56,216 nt of DNA from the IMG/VR virus record IMGVR_UViG_3300023174_002623, positions 1-56,216 of that record, one strand, 5' to 3'. Below are positions 8,174 through 17,383 of this stretch, piece after piece. The translations under genes were made by a program, and so were the position numbers. This DNA comes from a virus. Lineage: Duplodnaviria > Caudoviricetes. The notes below the pieces were generated by a model. That model was not told the DNA's origin and did no database searches. It was given only the letters and a program-made list of their open reading frames with translations. The stretch's first letter is position 1; every line of letters starts with the position of its first letter.

Positions 8174-11100
8174 GCAACAACAAATAAAACCTTTAGAACA
8201 AAACAAGGCATTACCTCAGAGGGAAATGTTGCTGTCACTGGAGAACTCACCGCTACTGGAGACGTAGTTGGACAATATTTAAGATCTTCTAATTCATCTG
8301 GTGATGAAGGCGGAGAGATACTTTTATATAAACCAGCAACAAATTCAACTATTGCTGGCACTGGCGTAACTATAGATATTTGGCAGAATAGACTTAGATT
8401 TTTTGAACAAGGTGGAACTGCCCGTGGATACTATCTTGATATTACTGCAGGTGGCGCTGGAGTAGGAACAAACCTGGCATCTGGTGGCGGAACAACAACA
8501 AATGCATTAACTATAGGAACTGGTTTATCTGGAACATCCTTTAATGGATCAGCAGCGGTAACAATAGCAATAGACTCTACTGTTGCAACAACATCTAGTA
8601 CACAAACACTTACAAATAAAACTATTAGTGGATCAAGCAACACTTTGAGCAATATTGCAAATGCTTCTTTAACTAATTCAAGTGTAACTGTTAATGGTAC
8701 ATCTATTGCTTTGGGTGCAAGTGGAACCGTAACTGTACCCATCTCCACAGGAGTATCTGGACTAGGAACTGGGGTAGCAACTGCACTAGCAGTTAATGTT
8801 GGTTCAGCAGGTGCACCACTAGTAAATGGCGGAGTACTTGGAACACCTTCTAGTGGAACATTAACCAATGCAACTGGCCTGCCTATATCTACAGGTGTAT
8901 CAGGATTGGGCACAGGAATTGCTACATTGCTTGGCACTCCATCATCTGCTAATTTAGCAGCAGCAATAACCGATGAAACTGGTTCAGGATCTTTAGTATT
9001 TGGTACAAGTCCATCACTAACAACACCAACAATTGGTGGAGGTGGTGCAAACTTCTCTGGATCAGTTTCTGGAACAACTAATGTAAGAGCATCATCTGCT
9101 GCTGGATCAACAACAATAACATTACCTGCAGTTACTGGTACAGTAATTACAACAGGAGATACAGGTACAGTTACATCAACAATAATTGCTAATGATACTA
9201 TTGTTAATGCAGACATTAATTCTTCTGCAGCAATTGCGGTATCTAAGTTAGCAGCATCTACAATATCAGGAGTAACTCTAGGAAGCAATCTAAATGCTTT
9301 AACTATAGGCACAGGATTATCTGGAACTTCTTATAATGGTTCATCTGCAGTCACAATAGCAATTGACTCAACGGTAGCAACTTTAACTGGAACTCAAACA
9401 TTAACTAATAAAACAGTAAACCTTACTAGCAATACTTTAACTGGAACTATTGCTCAGTTTAATACCGCTTTGTCAGATGCAGACTTTGCAACTTTAGCGG
9501 GTACTGAAACATTAACCAATAAGACACTAAGTGTTGATGATAATACAGTATCAGGCATTGCTGCATCAAGTTTTGTTTTATCAAATGCATCTGGAAATGT
9601 TGATGGGTCTGCAGCACAAAAGGCAATTCCTGCAGGAACTGTTGTTGGAACATCAGATTCCCAAACTCTTACCAATAAAACTCTTGGTTCATCAACAGCG
9701 CTAGGTGCAGATCTTTCTGCTGCAACATATAAGATTACAGGTCTTGGAACACCTACAGCATCAACAGATGCAGCAACAAAACAATATGTAGATGACGTTG
9801 CACAAGGCTTACACATACATCCATCAGTTGTTGCTGGAACTACAGCAAACCTAACTGCAACATATTCAAATGGAACTTCTGGTGTTGGAGCAACACTTAC
9901 AAACTCAGGAACTCTTGCTGCATTTTCAAGTGATGGAGTATCTCCAGCACAAAATGATAGAGTTCTTGTTAAAAATCAAACAACTCAACTTCAAAATGGT
10001 ATTTATACATTAACAACTGTTGGTAGCGCATCTGTTGCTTGGGTACTTACTCGTGCAACTGATATGGATCAGAGCGTTGAGATCGATGGTGGCGACTTTG
10101 TATTCGTAACTGGTGGAACAACTCTTGACAATACTGGTTGGGTGCAAACTGAAGTTGGAGTTGTTGTCGGAACAAACAATATAATCTTTACTCAATTCTC
10201 TGGTGCTGGAACCTATGCTGCTGGAAATGGATTAACACTTACAGGTAATACATTTACAATAAATACATCTATTACAGCAGACTTAAGCACAGCGCAAACT
10301 TTAACAAATAAAACATTAACAAGCCCAACTCTTACAACGCCATCAATTGGTGTTGCTACAGGAACTTCTTTCAACTCTATCACTGGTCTAAGTTCAAGCA
10401 CACCTATAGTAGATGGAACTGCTGCAGTTGGAACTGCTACTACAACTGCTCGTGCAGACCACGTTCACCCAACTGACACATCTAGGGCTGCAACTGCTGG
10501 AACACTAGCACAGTTTGCAGCAACTACTTCTGCACAACTAGCAGGAGTTATTTCAGATGAAACAGGATCTGGTGCTCTTGTATTTGCAACATCACCAACA
10601 TTAGTCACTCCTAGCATTGGAGTTGCTACAGGAACATCATTTAACAGCATAACTGGTTTAAGTTCTACTACACCTATAGTAGATGGAACTGCTGCAGTTG
10701 GAACTGCTACTACAACTGCTCGTGCAGACCACGTTCACCCAACTGACACATCTAGGGCTGCAACTGCTGGAACGCTTGCTCAGTTTGCTGCAACAACATC
10801 CGCACAATTAGCGGGAGTTATTTCTGATGAGACTGGTTCAGGTGCATTGGTATTTGCAACATCTCCTACACTTGTAACACCAACACTTGGAGTAGCATCT
10901 GCAACAAGTATAAACAAAGTAACAATAACAGCACCTGCTACAGCATCAACTTTAACAATTGCAGATGGTAAAACATTAACAGCATCAAATACATTAACAT
11001 TTAATGGTACAGATGCATCAACAGTTGCTTTTGGTACTGGTGGTACAGTTGCATATACAAACGTAGCAACATTATCATCTCTTTCTTCAATTGGTACAGT

Positions 11101-11545
11101 TACAGTTGGAACATGGAATGCTACAGCAATTGGACCAATTTATGGCGGTACAGGATTAACATCTTATACCACTGGAGATATTATTATTGCTTCAGCAACA
11201 AATACTTTATCAAAACTAGCAGCAGTAACTTCAGGATATGTATTAACATCAAATGGAGCAGGAACTGCACCATCATGGCAGGTAGCAAGCGGTGGTGGAG
11301 TATCTACCTCTGGTGGATCAACAATTACTGTTGCATCAGGAACTACTGTCCCACTTACAATTCAAAACAATGGCACTGGTAACTCATTTGTAGTTAACGA
11401 TGTGGCATCAGATACAACACCATTTGTTATTGATGCAAACGGAAGTGTTTTTATAGGTGGTTCAACTGTTGCAGGGCAGAATACTGGTGGACTAACTATT
11501 GGTGATAAAGACATTGAATTAATGAATATTATGGGTGCTTACTAG
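8171..11545 (+). CDS. Long fibre/tail-fibre-like protein 2 (1124 aa)
   Basis: Same repeat vocabulary as fibre 1 plus DETGSGALVFATSPTL and ARADHVHP modules and an internal 90-aa tandem duplication. Confidence 0.85.
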   Translation: MATTNKTFRTKQGITSEGNVAVTGELTATGDVVGQYLRSSNSSGDEGGEILLYKPATNSTIAGTGVTIDIWQNRLRFFEQGGTARGYYLDITAGGAGVGTNLASGGGTTTNALTIGTGLSGTSFNGSAAVTIAIDSTVATTSSTQTLTNKTISGSSNTLSNIANASLTNSSVTVNGTSIALGASGTVTVPISTGVSGLGTGVATALAVNVGSAGAPLVNGGVLGTPSSGTLTNATGLPISTGVSGLGTGIATLLGTPSSANLAAAITDETGSGSLVFGTSPSLTTPTIGGGGANFSGSVSGTTNVRASSAAGSTTITLPAVTGTVITTGDTGTVTSTIIANDTIVNADINSSAAIAVSKLAASTISGVTLGSNLNALTIGTGLSGTSYNGSSAVTIAIDSTVATLTGTQTLTNKTVNLTSNTLTGTIAQFNTALSDADFATLAGTETLTNKTLSVDDNTVSGIAASSFVLSNASGNVDGSAAQKAIPAGTVVGTSDSQTLTNKTLGSSTALGADLSAATYKITGLGTPTASTDAATKQYVDDVAQGLHIHPSVVAGTTANLTATYSNGTSGVGATLTNSGTLAAFSSDGVSPAQNDRVLVKNQTTQLQNGIYTLTTVGSASVAWVLTRATDMDQSVEIDGGDFVFVTGGTTLDNTGWVQTEVGVVVGTNNIIFTQFSGAGTYAAGNGLTLTGNTFTINTSITADLSTAQTLTNKTLTSPTLTTPSIGVATGTSFNSITGLSSSTPIVDGTAAVGTATTTARADHVHPTDTSRAATAGTLAQFAATTSAQLAGVISDETGSGALVFATSPTLVTPSIGVATGTSFNSITGLSSTTPIVDGTAAVGTATTTARADHVHPTDTSRAATAGTLAQFAATTSAQLAGVISDETGSGALVFATSPTLVTPTLGVASATSINKVTITAPATASTLTIADGKTLTASNTLTFNGTDASTVAFGTGGTVAYTNVATLSSLSSIGTVTVGTWNATAIGPIYGGTGLTSYTTGDIIIASATNTLSKLAAVTSGYVLTSNGAGTAPSWQVASGGGVSTSGGSTITVASGTTVPLTIQNNGTGNSFVVNDVASDTTPFVIDANGSVFIGGSTVAGQNTGGLTIGDKDIELMNIMGAY
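10330..10870 (+). repeat. 270-nt-period tandem duplication in fibre gene 2
   Basis: 10400-10503 is identical to 10670-10773 (104 nt); the flanks encode nearly the same peptide with synonymous differences. Confidence 0.9.
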
Positions 11546-11632
11546 TCCTAGCACTTTTGTTTTTAAAAAGTACTAACCTTAAACTTTATAGTTATACTTT
11601 TATTTTACGCTTATTTATAATATAAAATTGTG

Positions 11633-11666
11633 TGATATACTTAGACTACTTTACAAGATGTAAAGT
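11633..11666 (+). promoter_or_regulatory. nrdJ promoter with inverted repeat at the predicted +1
   Basis: TGATATACT (11633-11641), then ACTTTACA-aga-TGTAAAGT (11648-11666); GAAAGG RBS before ATG 11703. Confidence 0.6.
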
Positions 11667-11702
11667 TCTATTGTTATTTTTATTGAAAGGTTTACAAATT
11701 AA

Positions 11703-13730
11703 ATGTCAGATATCTTTTCTTTTCGTTTATTAGATGATTTTATTGCAAAATATAAAGAGGTTGAGCCACCATTTGGATTCACAGATGCGGGTGGAAACTC
11801 TTTGGGTGAAATCACATTTATACGTACCTATTCTCGTGTAAAGGAAGACGGAACAAAAGAACGCTGGCATGAGGTTTGTAAGCGTGTAATTGAGGGTATG
11901 TACTCAGTTCAAAAGAACCATGCAAAAGAAAATCGTTTACCATGGAATGACAACAAGGCTCAGAAGTCTGCACAAGAGGCATATGAGCGCATGTTTAATT
12001 TAAAGTGGACTCCACCAGGCCGCGGTATGTGGACATTTGGTACTCCAATGACTATGGAGAAGAAGAACTCAGCAGCACTTCAAAACTGTGCAATGGTATC
12101 TACTCGTGATATTGAAAGAAATGATCCTGGTGCATTATTTGCATGGGTTATGGACGCATTAATGCTTGGCATTGGTGTTGGCTTTGATACCGTTGGAGCA
12201 GAAAAAGAATATCCTATTTATGCACCAACAGAACCAGTCTCTATCTATGAAGTACCAGATACTCGTGAAGGCTGGGTAGAATCAGTTAGATTTTTGCTTA
12301 ATTCATTCCTAAGACCAAACCAGAATATTCAGGAGTTTGACTACTCTCTAGTGCGTCCGCTAGGTGCCCCTATTAAGGGCTTTGGAGGCGTTGCAAGCGG
12401 TCCACAGCCATTGATTGACCTTCACTCACGTATTCGTAAAGTTATCGGTGGCAGGGCAGGAGAGAAGTTAGATTCTCGTGCAATTACAGATATTATTAAT
12501 CTTATTGGTACATGTGTTGTTTCTGGAAATGTTCGTCGTTCTGCAACACTTGCTTTGGGTGCACCAGGAGATGAAGATTTTATTAATCTAAAAAATGCAG
12601 AGGCATTCCCTGAAAGAAATTCATTTGATCCAACAAATCCAGGATGGGCATGGATGTCTAATAATTCTATTTCTGCAACTGTAGGAATGGACTATGAAAA
12701 ATATACAGATTTAATTGTTGATAATGGAGAGCCAGGTTTTATTTGGCTTGATGTTGCTCGCAATTATGGTCGACTAAAAGATCCAGCAGACGGTAAAGAC
12801 TACCGTGTTATGGGCTTCAATCCTTGTGCGGAGCAGCCATTGGAATCATACGAACTTTGTACACTTGTAGAAGTGCACTTAAATCGTCATGAAACCAAGG
12901 AGGACTTCCTCAAGACATTGAAGTTTGCATATCTTTACGGAAAGACTGTAACTCTTCTTCCAACACATTGGCAGCAGACAAACGGCATCATGCAACGTAA
13001 TCGTCGTATTGGAACATCTCTAACAGGCATTGCATCTTTTGCAGACGAAAGAGGACTTCCAACAACTCGTGAGTGGATGGATGAAGGATACGAAAAGATT
13101 CGTCACTATGACCATAAGTATTCAGAGTGGCTCTGTGTTCGTGAATCAATTCGTGTAACAACTGTAAAGCCATCAGGGTCAGTATCAATTCTTTCTGGAG
13201 CAACACCTGGAGTTCACTGGGGACCAGGAGGAGAATATTTCCTACGTGCTATTAGATTTGGTGAAACAGATCCAATGCTACATTTATTTAAGGCTGCAGG
13301 ATACAAGATTGAAAAAGATGTTGTATCTGCAAATACACAGGTTGTATATTTCCCAGTTCATTCAGGACACCCACGTTCTGAAAAAGATGTAACATTATTT
13401 GAAAAGATTGCTCTTGCTGCAACTGCTCAAAAATATTGGTCAGATAATGGTGTTTCTGTAACATTATCATTTGACAAAGAAACAGAGTCAAAGCATGTTG
13501 CTCCAGCACTTCACATGTATGAGGGCCAACTCAAGGCGGTATCATTCTTGCCAATGGGAAATAAAGTATATCCTCAACAGCCGTATACTCAAATTACAAG
13601 AGATGAATATGCTGATTATCTGGGTCAAATTAAGAAGATTAACTGGTCTGCTATTTATGACGGGGTAGATAATCTTGAGGCTCTTGGAGAAAACTACTGT
13701 ACAACAGATGTGTGCGAAATAAAACTGTAA
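11703..13730 (+). CDS. nrdJ: Class II (adenosylcobalamin-dependent) ribonucleotide reductase, monomeric RTPR-like
   Basis: FIRTYSR, WTPPGRG, LQNC, GIGVGFD, SGNVRRSA, GEPG, FNPCAEQPL...ELC, TTVKPSGS, and C-terminal YCTTDVC redox pair; no small subunit nearby. Confidence 0.95.
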   Translation: MSDIFSFRLLDDFIAKYKEVEPPFGFTDAGGNSLGEITFIRTYSRVKEDGTKERWHEVCKRVIEGMYSVQKNHAKENRLPWNDNKAQKSAQEAYERMFNLKWTPPGRGMWTFGTPMTMEKKNSAALQNCAMVSTRDIERNDPGALFAWVMDALMLGIGVGFDTVGAEKEYPIYAPTEPVSIYEVPDTREGWVESVRFLLNSFLRPNQNIQEFDYSLVRPLGAPIKGFGGVASGPQPLIDLHSRIRKVIGGRAGEKLDSRAITDIINLIGTCVVSGNVRRSATLALGAPGDEDFINLKNAEAFPERNSFDPTNPGWAWMSNNSISATVGMDYEKYTDLIVDNGEPGFIWLDVARNYGRLKDPADGKDYRVMGFNPCAEQPLESYELCTLVEVHLNRHETKEDFLKTLKFAYLYGKTVTLLPTHWQQTNGIMQRNRRIGTSLTGIASFADERGLPTTREWMDEGYEKIRHYDHKYSEWLCVRESIRVTTVKPSGSVSILSGATPGVHWGPGGEYFLRAIRFGETDPMLHLFKAAGYKIEKDVVSANTQVVYFPVHSGHPRSEKDVTLFEKIALAATAQKYWSDNGVSVTLSFDKETESKHVAPALHMYEGQLKAVSFLPMGNKVYPQQPYTQITRDEYADYLGQIKKINWSAIYDGVDNLEALGENYCTTDVCEIKL

Positions 13731-13732
13731 AA

Positions 13733-13741
13733 TGCTATAAT
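13733..13741 (+). promoter_or_regulatory. Extended -10 promoter
   Basis: TGCTATAAT directly after the nrdJ stop; AAGGAG before ATG 13759. Confidence 0.65.
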
Positions 13742-13758
13742 AAAGGCTAAGGAGTAAC

Positions 13759-16662
13759 ATGTCTCAGCCGTCTAATTTATATGCAGAAAAGATCTATTCA
13801 GAGCATCCCACAGTCATGTGGGCTCTGGATGATCAGGCAGATTATATTACTTTAATTACAGAAAACCAAAGAGATATACGTAATGGTTGGACTGTAACAG
13901 GAGCATCAGTTACCTCTGGATCTGCCATAACTACTGAACCATTCCAGGATAGTTTTACAACGCTTGTAAATGGTTCTGCATCAACAAGTACTGTTACATT
14001 AATTAGTCCAGACTTAGTAAACTTTCAAGACATGAATTCAGACCTTGGGTCTTTATCTGTTGGTACATATTTTTATTCTGAGAGTCCATACTTAACTTCA
14101 GTTCAAGTCGGTATTAGATATATTGATACCACTACATCTTTGCCAGTAGAAGATTTAGAAACTTTTACAACTTCCATATTTCAATCATGGAGTTTTGTTT
14201 CTGGAACATTTGATTTTGTAAATGAAAATACAAACTTTCAAGTAATTATAAAATTTAACTACGACTCTGGTGGAATTGCTGGAGACTACGACTTCTATCT
14301 TAATGGAATAACTGCAGGACAGTGGTCAGAAGAATTTAACGCTACATCTTTAGGAATTGAGTCTATTCCCTTTCCATCAAACATTGCTATAACTGCAACA
14401 GATGCAGTTCAAGCCGATCCGTATGGACTTGCTGGAGAAGTTGGATATTATATTGTAGAAAACAATTCTCTTCTTGCAAGAAATAGCGGAGTACCAATGG
14501 TATTTGGTGCAACCAATATTACAAGAATAACTCCAAACTCCAATAATAGACCATCTCTTATTGTTCCAGGAAAAGGATTCTTAAACAAGAGTGGACAGTA
14601 TAAAGAATACACTGTTGAGTTCTGGGCAAGAATTAATTCAAATACATATGATGCTAAAAAAATATTTGGTCCAATTGCATCTACAGATGGTTTGTATGTT
14701 GAGGCTGGATTCCTAACACTTGTCATAGGCCAAGAGTTTGCTTCTCACTTTGTTGGTGAGTGGTTTAGACCAATGCTTATTCACGTTAGAGTAATTAGAA
14801 ATAATGCAACGGTACTTGTAAACGGAGAAGAAGTAATAAATCTTCCAATTAATACAGATACTTTAAACCTTCCTGATATATTAGATGCATTTGGAGATAG
14901 TCAAGACTGGCTTGGCTTCTATGCATATACAGATGTAACACCGATTGAGATTGACTGTGTTGCAATATATCCTTATTCTGTTGCAATTAATATTGCAAAG
15001 CGCAGATGGGTATATGGACAAGGAGTATCTTCAGCAGAAGAAATAAACTCTTCTTACGGCGGAACATCTGCCTTTATTGATTATTCATTTGCTGACTACA
15101 CATCAAACTATAACTATCCAGATTTTGCACAGTGGGATCAGGGAACATTTGACAATCTAACAACTACTTCAACTTCCCTAACTACACCACAGTACTCTCT
15201 TCCAGAGATAGGCCTAGACTCAAAAACTCTTGCAGAACTATATGCAGATAATAAGGATATACAGGATCCACTAGACTATAATTTTATAACCTTTAGACCA
15301 AATAATACATGGAACTCAGATAGATGTTATTTTAATTTCCCAAACTTCAATCTTTTAAATGACTCAATAGATACTATCTATGGTGTATTTTCTTCAGACG
15401 ATCTTGCCTCTGAAGAGACCTTGTTTAAGATCTATAACCCGCTTACTGGAAATTATTTTAGTATAAGAAAAGATTTAGATGAAATACACTATTACCTATA
15501 TTTTAATGGAGTAGAAGAAGAAATTTACACAAGCAATATTATTGTTTCTGATGAAAAATTTGCTGCAGGAATTCAAATTAAAACATTAGTAGAATACTTT
15601 GGCGGAAATGTTTCTTCTTTCTTTGGAAATCAAAATGGGCTAAAGATGTATGTTGGAGGAGAAGCAGACGGAATATACCAGTTTACTGGAAAGATATATT
15701 CTATTGGTATTGCAAGCCCATACAATGCTTTAGAACTATCTGATCATTTTGAAGATAACGGAACAGCAATCTTAGATAGTTATCTTGCAACAGGATCAGC
15801 AGAATCAGCAAATGCAATAGCCTTGCTTGAACATACCGCAAGTTACACTTTGTTACCACTTCAGGCATACGGTTCTTACTTCTTAGATATTGGAGTTTCG
15901 GGGTATTGGGAAGACTATATGCCTCTTTCTTATTTTGCACAATATGTAACAAATGATGTAGGAAATCAATATTACGATTTAGACTTCTTACAGTTTAACC
16001 TTGGATATCCAGCACCAACAAAATTAGCAGAATATGAAACTGTTGGATCCTGGACATACGAACAATTACAAGAAGAATACTCTCATCCACTTCATAGAAC
16101 ATATTTACAACTAGATAGCACACTTTTTACTGGTTGGAATAATTATGAAGACATGTCTCAAAGAGCAGAAAAATATTATGAATATGATACAGCAGATGCA
16201 TCAATAAGAAGTTACCTAACATTTCAATATATTGTAGAAGGTGCTAATGCACCTCAAAGTGATTTTACAACAACAGAGCCAGCAAGAGAAGGTGGAATTC
16301 TTGATATGGACTCTTATCCAGACTGGCTTTCAACAAAGTTTGAGGTTTTAGATAATACAATTATTTATCCAACAAAAACTGTTGATTTTAACGAACTTGC
16401 TTTGGTCTATCATCTTGATTTTAATATTCGTGGTATCTTAAAAAAACCAATTCAACTAAGAAGGTTGGAACTTGCATCTCAAGCATTTAATGATAACTCA
16501 TTTAACCCAGTTGGAACAAGATTTGGAGCAGACCTATTCCCTTATACAAGGTCGGGACTTTATTATGACTATAAAGCAAAGAATCCATTTAGCATTTATA
16601 AATCAAGCACTCCTTATCTTTACTTAAATAGAAACTCTGGCGTAGAGGTTTGGCAGTTTTGA
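13759..16662 (+). CDS. Large virion structural protein with LamG/ConA-like domain, N-terminal part of a split gene
   Basis: HPTVMWALDD, YTVEFWAR, VLVNGEEV and IDCVAIY are LamG-like; acidic and aromatic-rich. Ends abruptly at TTT-TGA. Confidence 0.7.
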   Translation: MSQPSNLYAEKIYSEHPTVMWALDDQADYITLITENQRDIRNGWTVTGASVTSGSAITTEPFQDSFTTLVNGSASTSTVTLISPDLVNFQDMNSDLGSLSVGTYFYSESPYLTSVQVGIRYIDTTTSLPVEDLETFTTSIFQSWSFVSGTFDFVNENTNFQVIIKFNYDSGGIAGDYDFYLNGITAGQWSEEFNATSLGIESIPFPSNIAITATDAVQADPYGLAGEVGYYIVENNSLLARNSGVPMVFGATNITRITPNSNNRPSLIVPGKGFLNKSGQYKEYTVEFWARINSNTYDAKKIFGPIASTDGLYVEAGFLTLVIGQEFASHFVGEWFRPMLIHVRVIRNNATVLVNGEEVINLPINTDTLNLPDILDAFGDSQDWLGFYAYTDVTPIEIDCVAIYPYSVAINIAKRRWVYGQGVSSAEEINSSYGGTSAFIDYSFADYTSNYNYPDFAQWDQGTFDNLTTTSTSLTTPQYSLPEIGLDSKTLAELYADNKDIQDPLDYNFITFRPNNTWNSDRCYFNFPNFNLLNDSIDTIYGVFSSDDLASEETLFKIYNPLTGNYFSIRKDLDEIHYYLYFNGVEEEIYTSNIIVSDEKFAAGIQIKTLVEYFGGNVSSFFGNQNGLKMYVGGEADGIYQFTGKIYSIGIASPYNALELSDHFEDNGTAILDSYLATGSAESANAIALLEHTASYTLLPLQAYGSYFLDIGVSGYWEDYMPLSYFAQYVTNDVGNQYYDLDFLQFNLGYPAPTKLAEYETVGSWTYEQLQEEYSHPLHRTYLQLDSTLFTGWNNYEDMSQRAEKYYEYDTADASIRSYLTFQYIVEGANAPQSDFTTTEPAREGGILDMDSYPDWLSTKFEVLDNTIIYPTKTVDFNELALVYHLDFNIRGILKKPIQLRRLELASQAFNDNSFNPVGTRFGADLFPYTRSGLYYDYKAKNPFSIYKSSTPYLYLNRNSGVEVWQF

Positions 16663-16666
16663 TCCT

Positions 16667-17365
16667 TTGGTAAGTCGTGGCATAGCAGTGCCAATTAATC
16701 AGAATGAAGCAGACAACTATAGAATATCTGCAGCACAAATATGGATGAGATATGATCAAGATGCTTTCCCTTTAACACCAGTAGAAATATTTGAAATAGA
16801 GTACAAAGCAGATACAATCAAGTTCTACCTTGTTGCAGATAATTCAGAGGGAACAAGAGCAAGAATATATGCAACAAGTGTATTGACCAATACGGCCTAT
16901 AATGGAATTTCTTATTTCTTAAATGGATCTATTGTAAGAGAGCCAGTTCTAACAATTAAAGAATGGGCAGTCCTGGGACTAGCGTTTAGCACAGCACTTA
17001 ACTTTGATTTATTTATTGGCGGAATCAATTTAAGTGGGCCTCTTGTATTTAATAATATTTCCTACTATCAGGCAAATAGCCTTCAGCAGGTTCAAGCAAA
17101 CTTAACTAGACCATGGCTAAGGATTGAAACAGACGGAGTAACTAACTTTGACTGGCAGTATTGGCTTAATAACTTTACTTGGGAAGGCGTTCTTGTTATT
17201 TCTTCATCAGACCTATATGGAGTTTCACCTTCAGATGTGTATAAAACTTATATTGGAACTAATAAGATTATTATTGATGATGAAGAAGGAATGATATTTG
17301 ATGCAGATAGGCTTAAGGTGTATAATGACACAACTTGGACAATTAGGCTAGGGTCAGCCGTTTAA
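16667..17365 (+). CDS. C-terminal part of the split virion protein (+1 frame)
   Basis: Open from 16646 in the +1 frame, only a TTG start with no well-placed SD, and the same composition as the upstream ORF. Confidence 0.65.
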   Translation: MVSRGIAVPINQNEADNYRISAAQIWMRYDQDAFPLTPVEIFEIEYKADTIKFYLVADNSEGTRARIYATSVLTNTAYNGISYFLNGSIVREPVLTIKEWAVLGLAFSTALNFDLFIGGINLSGPLVFNNISYYQANSLQQVQANLTRPWLRIETDGVTNFDWQYWLNNFTWEGVLVISSSDLYGVSPSDVYKTYIGTNKIIIDDEEGMIFDADRLKVYNDTTWTIRLGSAV

Positions 17366-17367
17366 TC

Positions 17368-17376
17368 TGGTATACT
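17368..17376 (+). promoter_or_regulatory. Extended -10 promoter, leaderless
   Basis: TGGTATACT 7 nt before ATG 17384. Confidence 0.6.
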
Positions 17377-17383
17377 TAAGTAT

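Noticed and set aside
8431-9312. Long antisense ORFs (also 19921-20667, 27911-28402, 30485-31009 and others)
   Set aside because: They mirror strongly biased sense-strand codons in low-complexity genes, and have no RBS, promoter or recognisable motifs.
10330-10870. Repeat pair as a diversity-generating retroelement TR/VR
   Set aside because: Differences are mostly synonymous and not adenine-specific, both copies are in one ORF, and there is no reverse transcriptase in the window.
11546-11702. Cobalamin riboswitch, tRNA or replication origin in the largest intergenic gap
   Set aside because: Too short and AT-rich for a B12 riboswitch, no cloverleaf, and no iterons or DnaA boxes recognised; explained by a weak hairpin plus promoter.
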